The notes under the pieces are model-generated. The model did not search any database. It saw nothing but the letters and a program-made list of their open reading frames with translations, and was not told the DNA's origin. Both the position numbers and the translations under genes were made by a program. Of a stretch of 64,000 nt of DNA, positions 1 through 12,100 are shown piece by piece. Numbering within the stretch: position 1 is the stretch's first letter; each line of letters starts with the position of its first letter. Origin of the DNA: Phoronis australis (Eukaryota; Animalia; Phoronida); the NCBI GenBank assembly GCA_002633005.1, contig NMRA01000315.1, positions 34,855 to 98,854 of the forward strand. The letters run 5' to 3'.

Positions 1-3000
1 GACAAGCAATGTTCAGTTCCTAATCTTCCAATAACAGAAAGGAACACTATTTACAGGCCTCATCTGGTGAATATCCAGTTTCTCATTAGTGAAGGTTTCT
101 TCATGGAAATCTTATTATGTTGAAAACATTATCTTATATTTTTGTATGTTGCCATGAAAATCAGTAGTCCAATTTTATTTATATCTCTACACAAATGTGT
201 ACTAAACTTTCTTCTCTTAGGATGTGACTTATAGAAATGGCTAGTAGTGCAATGTCTCCGGTTTAACAGTGAAGATGAAAACTTCACTCTGTGAGTTCAT
301 CCTCAACCGAGATCCACTATTCTCCTCAGTAAGGTAGAGTTGTAAATTATTTGATCACTCTCATTCATTCATTGATCTTTGAATCTGTCTTGTATTAATT
401 TTTTATAATTAAATTTTGTTTGTAATTTGTCCTTTTCCCCACAGCAGAATTCAATCTAAATCACACGCAGGAAACCCATTGTTTTTGTTGTTATCCCTAC
501 TAGGATTAGAATCTTACGATATTTTGCAGTGTTGTAACACTGATAATCAAGACCCGCATCTGGTTTATTCTCTTCCTTTGTGTAAAAATGACAGAATTTG
601 CTTTCAAACATGATCTGTCAGTTATTTTGCTATCAAACACTGTCAGTCATTGTATTTGCTCAATTAAAGTGAATGCAGATACTGGAAGCAGGCCTATCGC
701 TGGGTCGTTTATGTTTCTTTGACTTTTAAGGGCCAGGGGAACACTATAATTTTAACTACTTTTTCTGTTAAAATGTTGAGTACATCTCTATTACATAGAT
801 ACTGCAAATTTCTAGTAAGTTAGTCGCTAAAAACATTGGGTTTCCACTTAATAGCTGTTTTTTTCAAAATTAAAGCATATTACAGATTAATTGAGGCACA
901 TTTTACTGCTCCGTTCTCCGGCTCGAAACATGGGTGTTTGGAGATAGTAACGCAAAAAAAGATCAAAATCAGTGAAAAACACTGATAGCAGTGAGTAATA
1001 ACAATGGATCTTTATTTATGCAATGACAATAAACAGATGTTTGTTTACACTCAGTTACAACGTGGCATGATCAACCATGAAAGTTGTGTTTTATTTGTAT
1101 ACAAATAGTTAAATGGTTACAGTCGAAATATCTTCTAGGTAATGGATACATACATGTAATACAAGGGTGCATTCGGTAGACTCAAGAGACATTACCCAGC
1201 ATGCACTAGCACTGGGAAATCTTTACGAATGAAGCGGAGACCGTGAATTCTATCCCATGTTTCAACATTCCAAATGCCCTGTCCAATCATTTCAGTGGCG
1301 GCCATTTTGCTAGATTACACTAGGAGAAAAGTGAGTTCTTGGGTTTACTTACGAAACACTCTCCTTTCACTTCGGTGCATGATCTCACCTTTTCTCAAGT
1401 TTCTCGCATCTACACAACACTTCCCAGATGGTCTTAGTAACTCTTTCACTTTATAACTGGGCAGCCACAATGGAGAATGAGAAAATTTCATTGAAGACAA
1501 CACTCCTGCTTAGTCGTGGACCAAAGCTTGACCTGGGCAATAATGTGAACTAAAATAAAATATTAAATATACGGTGTTGAAGTCTTAAAGGGACACTATT
1601 GGTGAAAAGTGATTCTCTGAGATCGGTCTCAGCTGGTAATCTAAGTTGCAACCTCGGCAGTCTCTGTGGATGAGCAGTAGGCTACATACTCCATGAAAAT
1701 GATACAACTGCCTTAAATAACTTAGTGACAATAATAATGACGAATAATATATTACATTCTCCCTTGTAAGCATAGACACCCTTATAAACGAGCCCAGCTG
1801 TTTAAAGACTTAGTAAAGTAAACATGTTGGCCTTTTCGAGTGTTCCCTCAGTTTTTGAGAAATACTGTGTACTTTGGGATCTAAATGTGGAAAAATTGAG
1901 GATTACATTAATCTTCTCACAGAATAGATGTATGACGATGTATTGAGTAATTGATGAAAACATGAATTACAATACTGCCATTAATGTTGGCCAATTACAT
2001 AGCTTAGTTTTAGAACGACATGTACAATGGTTCTCCGAGGACGTTTTCAGTAACAAAGAAACACTGACTTGTATTTACTTTGTATTTTAACCCCCAAGAA
2101 CAATTCAGCGATTACAACCTTACTCAGACCAATCACTACAATAACCTATGAATGTAAAGCTTGCCATCACCACCAGGTGGCGTATGTGACCAACAAGCCC
2201 TGAAAAAAGAGGCTCCAACAAGGACAGAAACCTGTTCAGTAGAAACTTTGGTTTGATTGAATGGAGTGTTGAGTGACTTAACAATACATACTAATGCTGG
2301 TCACTACAAAGGTGACATGGATCTGCCGGTCTTAGTACACAGTACATCAGTGTATTCTGGTCCAAGATCTAGTCATTCGTGTGCAGCCAAGTGTTCACCG
2401 AAACCTGTTGTCCTTTATGATCACTAGGGCGTTTCTTCATTAAGCACAGAGCATCGCACACAGCATTGCGTCTTTGAATCCCTTAAAAGGCATTATGTAG
2501 ACCCGACTCAGCACTGTCTTTAAGATCTTTACCACAACTAAATCAAAATGTTTTGTGAACTACACCATGTCATGCCAAGTTTGCATCAAGTTTAAGAATT
2601 CCCTTCAAAACCTGCACAATTGAAATGTCTCATAATGGCACTGTGGTAAGACGGCTCTGATGGCAGTCGCACAAAGTTGACCCCAATCAATTACACTTAG
2701 TTATATGTAGGCATTAAAAATAAAATCCGTATTCTAAATACCTAATCCAATATACTTCTAATACCCACGATCTGCCACACTTGATTTAACACCCACTATC
2801 TTGTCTTCTGAGTTACTTTTAAATTTGAATGCCTTGGATGTTCACCTCGATGGATGGAGTAGCTTCACAACTTTAGTAAAATAGTTGATGTTAACATCTC
2901 CAGGTATCCTTGGTAATCTGTATCCAAATTTTGTGAATTGAAACACTAGTGATGGTCAGTCCTACAGTGTGTGAATACACTTAGCGAATGACACCAGACT

Positions 3001-3003
3001 GTC

Positions 3004-3185
3004 TCATAAATGTGTGCCCATCTCTCGTAATTTCTTTATTCGCTTCCACGTTCCCGTGGTATAGTTCATTTGAAAGAACGTGTCGGCCATCATTTCCCGG
3101 AATGAACCGTCCAATTGTGTCACTTTTTCTACTTGCTCATTCAGCCGTATGTTAACGATATCACCCTGTTGTGGGCAAGGATTGT
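3004..3185 (-). CDS. NELFA: NELF-A last exon (NPCPQQGDIVNIRL...MNYTTGTWKRIKKLREMGTHL*)
   Basis: TTTCAG acceptor; resembles NPCQEQGDVIQIKL...MNYATGQW; stop at 3004-3006. Confidence 0.96.
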
Positions 3186-6100
3186 CTGAAATAACGACAA
3201 ACAAAAGTTGAAGCATAGCTAGTCTTGAGAATGACTATCAATTTAAAAGTGCATGCTGTAGTTTTCAAAAAAAATGTACATTGTCCAATTTTGATAATAG
3301 TTGAAATGCTTGAAAATTTGTATTGCATTGGGGACTCAAAATCATGTATGCCTTTGGAAATTTATCGAGAAAAAGTTACATTTCATTGCTACAGAATAAA
3401 AAGGACTGGTAATGAAGTATATCAAATCGACAGAACTTAACATAGTTTTGTTGAAGTGTGTCTAGATTATTTTCAAAGCTACACTAAAATCTATACACAA
3501 ACAGCAATAGCACCTTTACAATCAACAAAGAGAAAAAGGAAAAAACTTTTAAAAACGAGCCGCAAGACTTCTTGTACCCCTACCACTTCATTCTGATGTT
3601 AGATTTCTCAATCTTTGAAGTCGTGTCAGAGTTCGTCAAAACAGAAAAGAAATAAACTTGACGACATATTTTCCTGTTCACAACTCACAAAGTTCCTCAG
3701 GCAAAAGTTCCTACATGACCAAATAACCTGTGAACACAAAGTCAACATATGAAAAAAACACACACACTGAATAACCAACTGTAACCGTACCTCTTGAACC
3801 TGCCATGAAACCCAATATGAGTGCCTTCTCTGGTCGGGTGACTTTATTTGAGTTCCTAAACATATCCTGGGCTTCTAACATTTGTTCTCTCTGTGGAAAC
3901 AACAGCATGGTTACTGATAGTTCAACGCTTCCACATCCAAATCACAAAACAAGTTCAACTAACTGGCGGATACATAATATTGAAAAGCTCTTCATATACA
4001 GTCAATGAGCTACACAGCAGTTAATGTTTTCAGTTATGGGCTCTATAGCCTTAGTCAACTAATGATGTGGGTGGGTGGGTCACCCGTCCAACCCATTCAC
4101 ATCATTAGTTTGTCAAAGACTGTAGAACTCGTAGCTGAAAACAATAACGGGTACGAAACTCATTGACTGTGTAGGAATAACTTTTCAATATATAAGTTCA
4201 ACACTTCACTTACCTTTTTACAGATAACGAGAGACATCATGTACACACAGGGATCCCAGAAGTCCCTGCTCACAGGATGCTCATGCATCGAATTTTATCC
4301 GTTAAGTCAAGTGCACATCAATGCTGCATTGTAGAATATAACGTTGAGTTACACAGTAAAAACTGTCATGCTTTAAAGGGCATTTGGATGCTACTAACGA
4401 AAGTATAGCAGGAACTAAATGGTAAAACTATTTTAACATATCTTTTATAAACCAAGCTTCAGATGTTCAACAGATGCAGAACAAAATTCTCACCGTGAGA
4501 GATAAACCTTTTTTTGGGGGGTTTTGTTGAGGCGTTGTTTGAGATTGCGGGTTGGCTTCTGTGCTTTGAATCCTTTGCTGTGATTGGTCCACTGGTTGAG
4601 GTGGGATGGGTTGTAACCTTGGTTGTGACTGGCCCAGTTGTTGCTGTAACTGCTGTTGTAAGTTTTCTCTGGCTTGCTGAGTGGCCGAGGAGACTATAGA
4701 TGCTATTTTGGGAGAAAAAGTAAAGAGGTCAGACAAGGCAGTAAAGGCTCTCCACCATGAACCTGATTGTAACAATCAGCCACTGTACACACCATGAACA
4801 TGCTAGAGTTATGTCACCATTAGGGCAACCTACCATACTCGTCCAGGTTACTGCCCACGGCGCTTAAATCAATTCTGGCGGTAAGCCGAGCATGGGCGGT
4901 AACCAGGACAGGTACGGAAAGTAATGGTGTACCAGCCTGCATGAAGACGGCCTCATCTTAGCAGAATCAGGAGAAGGGGATAATGGATAAAATGTCAATT
5001 CTATCCAAAACGACCAGAAACGGACATTACAGTACACACTAAAATCGGCCAAAACAGTGTGAATTCACAGTTGCGATCGCTGAACGTAGGCAGAATTCCC
5101 CGCGAAGTGCAAGCAGGTAATTCGCTGTCCTGACTGTAAAGTAACTGGAATGGCAAGTCATAACAGTGATTGCCTACCATAATGTGGAAATGGAATTCTG
5201 TCCTATTACTTCTGAGGTGCGTGTGTGGCACAGGCACAGGCACAGAAAACTTATTTTTGATGTCCATGTATTATACCACAGCCACAAAAAACTAATTCGC
5301 CAGTAGTCAGCACAGCCTGTTGAAGTCATCATGTAGTCCAATCTGTCATCAATACATGCAGACTCAAAATGACTGTACACTACATTCTAGATACAGTTGA
5401 GAACGATCAATATGAAGGTTTACAAGCTCACAGACAGTATCTCCTGCACTTACTGGGGAGGGTAGCTGATCCTCCGATGCTTGGATTTGGTAAGCGATTT
5501 ACAGTGGCAGGGAGATAGCTTGGACCAGACTGAAACACAAAATGGATTAAACAAATCTTTTACTAGTTTTTTAACCAAACAATCACAAAGAATTTTAACA
5601 TTTAAACAAGGTAAACATTCGTAAGGAAAATTGTTTGCTGCGAGTGATTCAAGGATAATACCTGTTATGTTGAAATCCAAACATCAAGAAAGTAATAGAT
5701 TTTCAGTTGCTTAATATCATTTTTACAAGATGAGTGAACATGACAAAAAGATTCAATTAACTTCTAGGTCACTATTTTCAGAAATAGTGAATTTCACCAA
5801 AACCCTACCAATTTTAGACTAAGGAAAGCATAAAATTGTAAAGGAAATCAAGAAAACTATAGAATTAGCCATAACTTTTTATTCCAAAACTTTCCCCTCT
5901 CATCGTTTATTAACACTCCAGTACTGTGATACTAACTTGCGTATTAATATTTCCAAATTAGGATATACAACTTTGCTTTCATTAACTGCGATGCAGTCCC
6001 AAACTGTATTTGCTACATTGTAGAAATCCTGGCAGTAGCCGGATATAACATGCCCAAATCTTGAGAACCAGTTTTATGCCTGTTATTCGGTGGAGAAAAC

Positions 6101-9100
6101 TTGTTCTCGAAATTCGAGCCCCTTATATCTGACCAATACCAAAATTCCTACACAATGAGAGATTCAACAAGAAGTTCCAAATATTTTCCACTATGTCAGA
6201 ACATGATAAACAACTTGTAAAAGTTAAACTGTTGAAAAATAGTATCAGGGCTTGGAATGCCCGATGACAAAAAACGCGGAAACTTTTACGGCCCAAAATG
6301 GCCATATCATGCGCGCTACCCAGCCTTGAAATGGTCGATGCGATGTGAACCTTTCACCGACAAAAATCGGGAGGACCAAAAAAAAAACGTTACCACCAAC
6401 AGTAGCATTAGTCTGCGCCGTTTTAGCTCGTCCGTCCACTCCCAACCCACACATTTTTGGCTGCAGAGCCGTAGTATTTGTCGCCGCGGTTTACAATAAC
6501 ACGAGACGCCATTGAAAATCCCACCACGCTATCCCAGATGCCCCGGCAATGTTGACAGTTTACGTTCCTCCGAAACATGAAGAGCAACTTCCGCTTTTCG
6601 AGGTGAACGTCGTCTGCAACGCCGCGGTAAGAAAGGAATTTGCCGGGGAAATTTTATATCAAATCCGATTTTTTACGCGGAAATATAATAAAATGCGCGG
6701 ACAGAACATTTGAAAAAAGCGGAAATCCGCGTTTCCGCGGAAAATTCCAAGCCCTGTAGTATAGACGTAGAATATAATTTAGAAATCATGCCAGATGTCT
6801 TTTTGGACAACATCCTTGCAACTATTTATAAATGGGATCCACAAAAATATTGACAACGTAAATTTTTCTTCTCTTATCAATACTTACAGAAAAAACTCTT
6901 CTATTTGGGACAAATATAATTGCTAAATTCACCTTATACTTTCTATTTTTCAGAGACTTACCATATTGTTGCAAATGTTCAAAATTTTACCAAATGTTAA
7001 TTGGTAATAGCTATGGCATACAAACCATGCTAAAAGCAAAGTAAATTTACCTGAAGTTATTTTTGTTGAGAAGTTTGGCGAAATGAAATTTCACTGGTCC
7101 AACATATTGTATACCAAACTGAAGAACTTTAACTGTACTGCATTTACGTAAGGTTTGTCACAGACAAGAAATGATAAAATTTTGTTAAACATAATACCGA
7201 AGGCATCAAGCCAGCCGCATAGTCTGGTGTGGTAGCTGCAGCCTCTTTCTCCTTCTTCTGTTGTTCTGCAGCATCAGCTTCTAAAGAGGAAGAAAAACAA
7301 GTAAATAATAAACATCGTCATAATAATAATCAATAGAAACTTCATTTCATGAGGATAAAATGCAAATCATGATAGTCCAGAGCTTGTTAAAAGTGTTGTC
7401 AAATGAACACTAGTTAAACACAGCAGGTGTGCTGATAAGACAACTACTTAACCAGAGAATTATGTGTGCACATGCTTATACTGACAATTATGTATGTACA
7501 CGCTAAACCTGACAATTATGTGTGCACATGCATATCCTGTGAATTATGTGCACATGCTTACCCTGCTGTTTTCTCCTCCTTTTTGCTTCTTTGGCACCAA
7601 GAGGCATTTCAGTGATATCTAAAAACTAAAAATTCACGGCAAAGGTAAAATCAGGTTAACTTGTTATTAATGTGAAATGAGAGACTACATTAAATATGCA
7701 AAAGCTTGTCAGAACTACACAAATACAATTTCCACAGGAGAATACTTTCATGTTAAGCTGTCCTTTGAAACTTCAACAGCTACCGAAATGCAGCATAAAA
7801 GACTGACTCGTCTACAATTTAATGTCAAAAAAATTTCACCAGATCAAACTTCACAGAAACACAGTAACAGCAGAAGAAAAGCTACAATTAGAGTGATTAA
7901 AAGTTACAGAGAGCTTAACATTTATCAAACTTGGCCTCAATACCAAAACGGCTAGCGCAAACAACAGCTTATCAGACAATTTTTGTTAAGACCCTAATGA
8001 ATGCAACACCATCTTTGAAAACCATTGTTTTGGTTCAGACTTTGGGATGGAACCCTTTACTTTGTGTTTTTATACTTTAAGTTACCGTTCCTGAATACAA
8101 TGAAATAACTCTGACCTAAACGGAGTTGATTGACTGCTTCATACACACTGCTGATAATTTAATGTGTTCAATTTTAAAGTTGGTGATTTTGGCTTGACCT
8201 AATTCACACTGTGCAGGTCTCTTACATGTAAAGATGACCTCTAAGTCAACAGTTACAAAAATGTTGATCAAATCAACACAGTGGAATCAACAGTCATACT
8301 TCTGCCACATAGCATCCCTAGGTTTCATGTTTGTGCACATAAATCTTCATTCACTCTCGCTCAGGTATCAGCCTGCCTCACAAACGGCATCCTGGCATTC
8401 CACAGGCAACATTCGTTTACAATGAACAAAATTCGTTTCCTACGAAGCTATATTCTTTCATGTACTTATAATTTCTTACAATACCCACAAAATAGTGACA
8501 AAAGAACAGTTTGTAGGGAAAAAATTATGTAGTATGGATTGAAATACAGGCCATGAGATAAGACTGTCTGAGTGTTCATGACAAATAATACTCCATTGGT
8601 GAGAATACCAGTGGGGTTCAAACGGAAGGAGCTCCAGCTAATTTAAATGTTTGAACAGCAGACATTCACTCACTTTTATTCCACCCTCCTTTCTACCAGG
8701 AGCTGCTCTCTGCATTGAACTGTTCATACGGCCCAACGACGGGTTTGGTGAACGCAGGAAGCCACTGCTACTACCAGACCTATTGAGGCTCCTAAAGGGG
8801 GCTACAATGAAATGATCAAATGAACTCTACAGTCAGAGAGTTACAAAATATGACGGGGCGTGAATCAAGCACGGGGACAGATCGAATGTGTGCATCATTG
8901 TTAGTACATATTTTTTTAAACTTCACTATTACAGAAAAAGACATGAGGTGAAAGGGGTGACCTAGAAGAGTGTTGTCACTCAGAGTTATTTGCTCAAAAA
9001 GTGTTTCACCAATGATGAGATTAAGCACCTTTATGCTAGAACAGGATAAAGTAACTCAATTACTGTCGGCAACAAGTAGGGGGCATTTCAGTATTTGCAC

Positions 9101-12100
9101 ATGAACAGTTGCAATGCTTGTTTCCTCAGTTAATTTCGCACACCCGTCAGCTATCAAGTATAAAATCTGTATATTCAGTTTATTTAGCACACCCTGAATA
9201 TTCAGAAATATTTCTAATTTGTTTTGTGCAAAATATGTGGACAATTACCAAACTTGGGCTCTGGTACCCGTGGTAGATGAACATGCATCAACCGCGGGTA
9301 CCAGAAATGGGTTACGTAGTTTCAAATTGTGACTGGCTTATACTTTTGTTTACAGCAACCTCTAATGCTCAATATATGAGACAAATTAATCTATAAATAC
9401 GTTCAACAGTTATTTACAGAAAATGTGCAACTTAGAACATGGGAACTTTTTAAACAAAATTTTTTAATACTTTATTTAGTCACTGATGAAAAAAGTAAAT
9501 TGCCAGGGGAAAGTACTCATGAAATGTTCTACAGCTAATTGTCCACTGACTTTATGTAGGCACATAAAAATGTATTTTGAAAATCATACTGCATTGTATC
9601 CTCAGACGTGAATGAAAATGCTGTCCACCCGCCAATGTATTGCTATTGTTCTATCACGCCACCACTATATCAGAAAATGGATATGAACTTGGACCAGGGG
9701 GGCAGTACGTAACTTTGGAAAATGTCAAGGGCAACGAGATTATCACAATTTTAGGAAAATCACAAAAACATGTTGGTTTTCCCTGAAAAAATCCTCAGAC
9801 AGATATGTGCAATGGTCGCTAAGTCCAGAAAAGGGCTGAGATAATGTTACTTTTATGAAAAATGACAAATTCAAAACACGATGTTTTTCCCAGAAAGGAC
9901 CCTCAGACAGACATGGCAATGGCCCCGCCAGTCAAGTCAAGTGCTGTGCAAATACAGCTGTGTAGCCTACTTACACGCATCGTCCATCTTTTTGGCAAAA
10001 CTTCTCATTTTTACTGGAATACTGTTCATTGTCACTTTTCCTTTATTACTGGCTGCTTCTTGAGCTGGAACATTGAACACACAAAATAAAAATCATACAA
10101 CTCTAAATTAACACATCGGGATGTGTGATATATGAGTAAATTAAAATACATTTTGTGCTTTGCATCCACAAGTAAAATTGAAAAATTACCAGAAATATTC
10201 AGCTTCTCAGATATCATGGCCAAAGCCTTCATCAGGGTGATGTCAGTGGCACCTGGTGGCAAGACACAACACTGATGAAGGCTTCAGCCATAATGTCTGA
10301 GAAGCCAAAAATTTCTGGTAATTTTTTCAACTTCTGGGTGGATACAAAGCATGAAATATTTTTACTCACATCGTACAACATTAACAAGTGGCTGAAAAAA
10401 ATCCTTTTTATCAATAACCTTTAGTTTTTAGATTACAAATGCAATCACCCAACATATTTGCAAACCTACTGAGGCGAGGCCAATGAAAACAGCTCTTCGA
10501 TGATCGTATACAAATTACTGCTGCATTCCTAGATTAAAAGACTTGTTGGTGAGCATAAAGCAGGAGTTGAAATTTAAAAGCAGTGTTTCAATGCTTCTCT
10601 TTGAGCATAGTAAACACCAAAAGAATCTGGAACGGAATTCATCAAAACAGCTGATACAAGTCAAGATGGGAAAATGTTATTCTGTCCCAATTATTTCTGC
10701 CATGTATTGTATTTGTTAAATGCCTTTGAAGTGAAATTTACAGGCTAATCACTTATGTCTGTGAATAATTGGTCAAAGGAGTTAGAAATACTGTACAACA
10801 TTCAGCAATGGTGTGAATACAAAGTGACGGGTAAGTTGTCAAAAGTTTTAGGAACGGTATCATCAACATCTATTAATGGATTTTGGAGATACAGCAGTGG
10901 AAGTCGTCTGAGTTGCCAGCAATAACGGCACAAAATGCGCCCATGCACACAAACCCGCACCCACACACACACACTCATATATATCCTTGCCAGTGACTGT
11001 AAGTGTGTGCGGGTGCTTGGATGCTATTGAACACTACACTGACTTCTGCCAATTCTACCTTCCTCAACATCCAATCACAAGTTTGGAATGGCACACAGGC
11101 TACCCCAAAGATTGCATTAACATAGTTTGGATCTTAATAATAGTACAAATGCCCATCTAACCAATCTGCTTTCCTATAGGCAATTCACGACTTCAATACT
11201 CACACTTTTGTAACAACTCAGCCCTCAGTGCAGCTGACTTGGGTTTGCGCTTGAGAGCAAAATGTTTAATGGACGTCGGCTGATTGCCAGCAGTAGACTG
11301 CAAAGCCTTCAGGTTGAGATACAGACACTCCAGGGGTAACATGCGGGTATCTGTGGACTTCTTGACTGAAAGCAGGCCAGAAACAGACCTTCTCCACTTA
11401 AATTAAAGTACATGGGGCAATGAAATCTAGAACATGGGTCTGTTTCAGGAAAAAGTGACATAAGACTTAAAACAAAAATTTGGTGTTACGCTCCACTATT
11501 AATTTCTGGAAAATTAAAAGGGGACTGTAGTCAAAATAATGTTGCAGTTAATCGGTTCTAACATATAAATAAAACTCACATTTGCCTGAATTGCGTGCCA
11601 AACAAAAGCCAATTCGTATTCATGGTCAAAACACTAAATTCTGAAAGCGATCGCTGATTGGCTGATGTGTCAGTGACGTGAACGGCGGGGTATCGGCTGC
11701 TTTGCACATTCATTGCTTATGTCATATTTGAAGAGTTTACATCGTAATTTATCATTGTATCAANCTCAGCAAACAAAAAAAAAACATGGGAACATATCCA
11801 TAATTGTTTCTTATTGAAGACATTTGTGCAAATTACTTCCAGACAATTACGTGATAATGATTACACGACTAAACCTTTATTTGGCAATCGTAAAGTAGGA
11901 GCATAAAACCACATTCTGTCTTGAGTCTTAAGTCCCTTTTCATTAAACAGACACCTGTTCCTTGATGATACTAAGGTTAGACACTAGGATAATTTTTTGG
12001 TTACAGGAGTCAATCTCAACAGACATTGTGGTAATAATTACTTAAAGGGGTTCCGGATTTTGAGAACTAGTTTCCTCCACTGAATAACAGGCATCAAAAA

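Noticed and set aside
9060-9200. Possible H/ACA snoRNA or phase-compatible extra exon on the minus strand
   Set aside because: No proper pseudouridylation pocket or 5' hairpin, and the translation has no NELF-A similarity.
11059-11100. Minus-strand segment reading VPFQTCDWMLRK, superficially like NELF-A VPFHAKGRGLLRK
   Set aside because: Poor acceptor and incompatible exit phase. Exon 9975-10064 fits better, with canonical splice sites.
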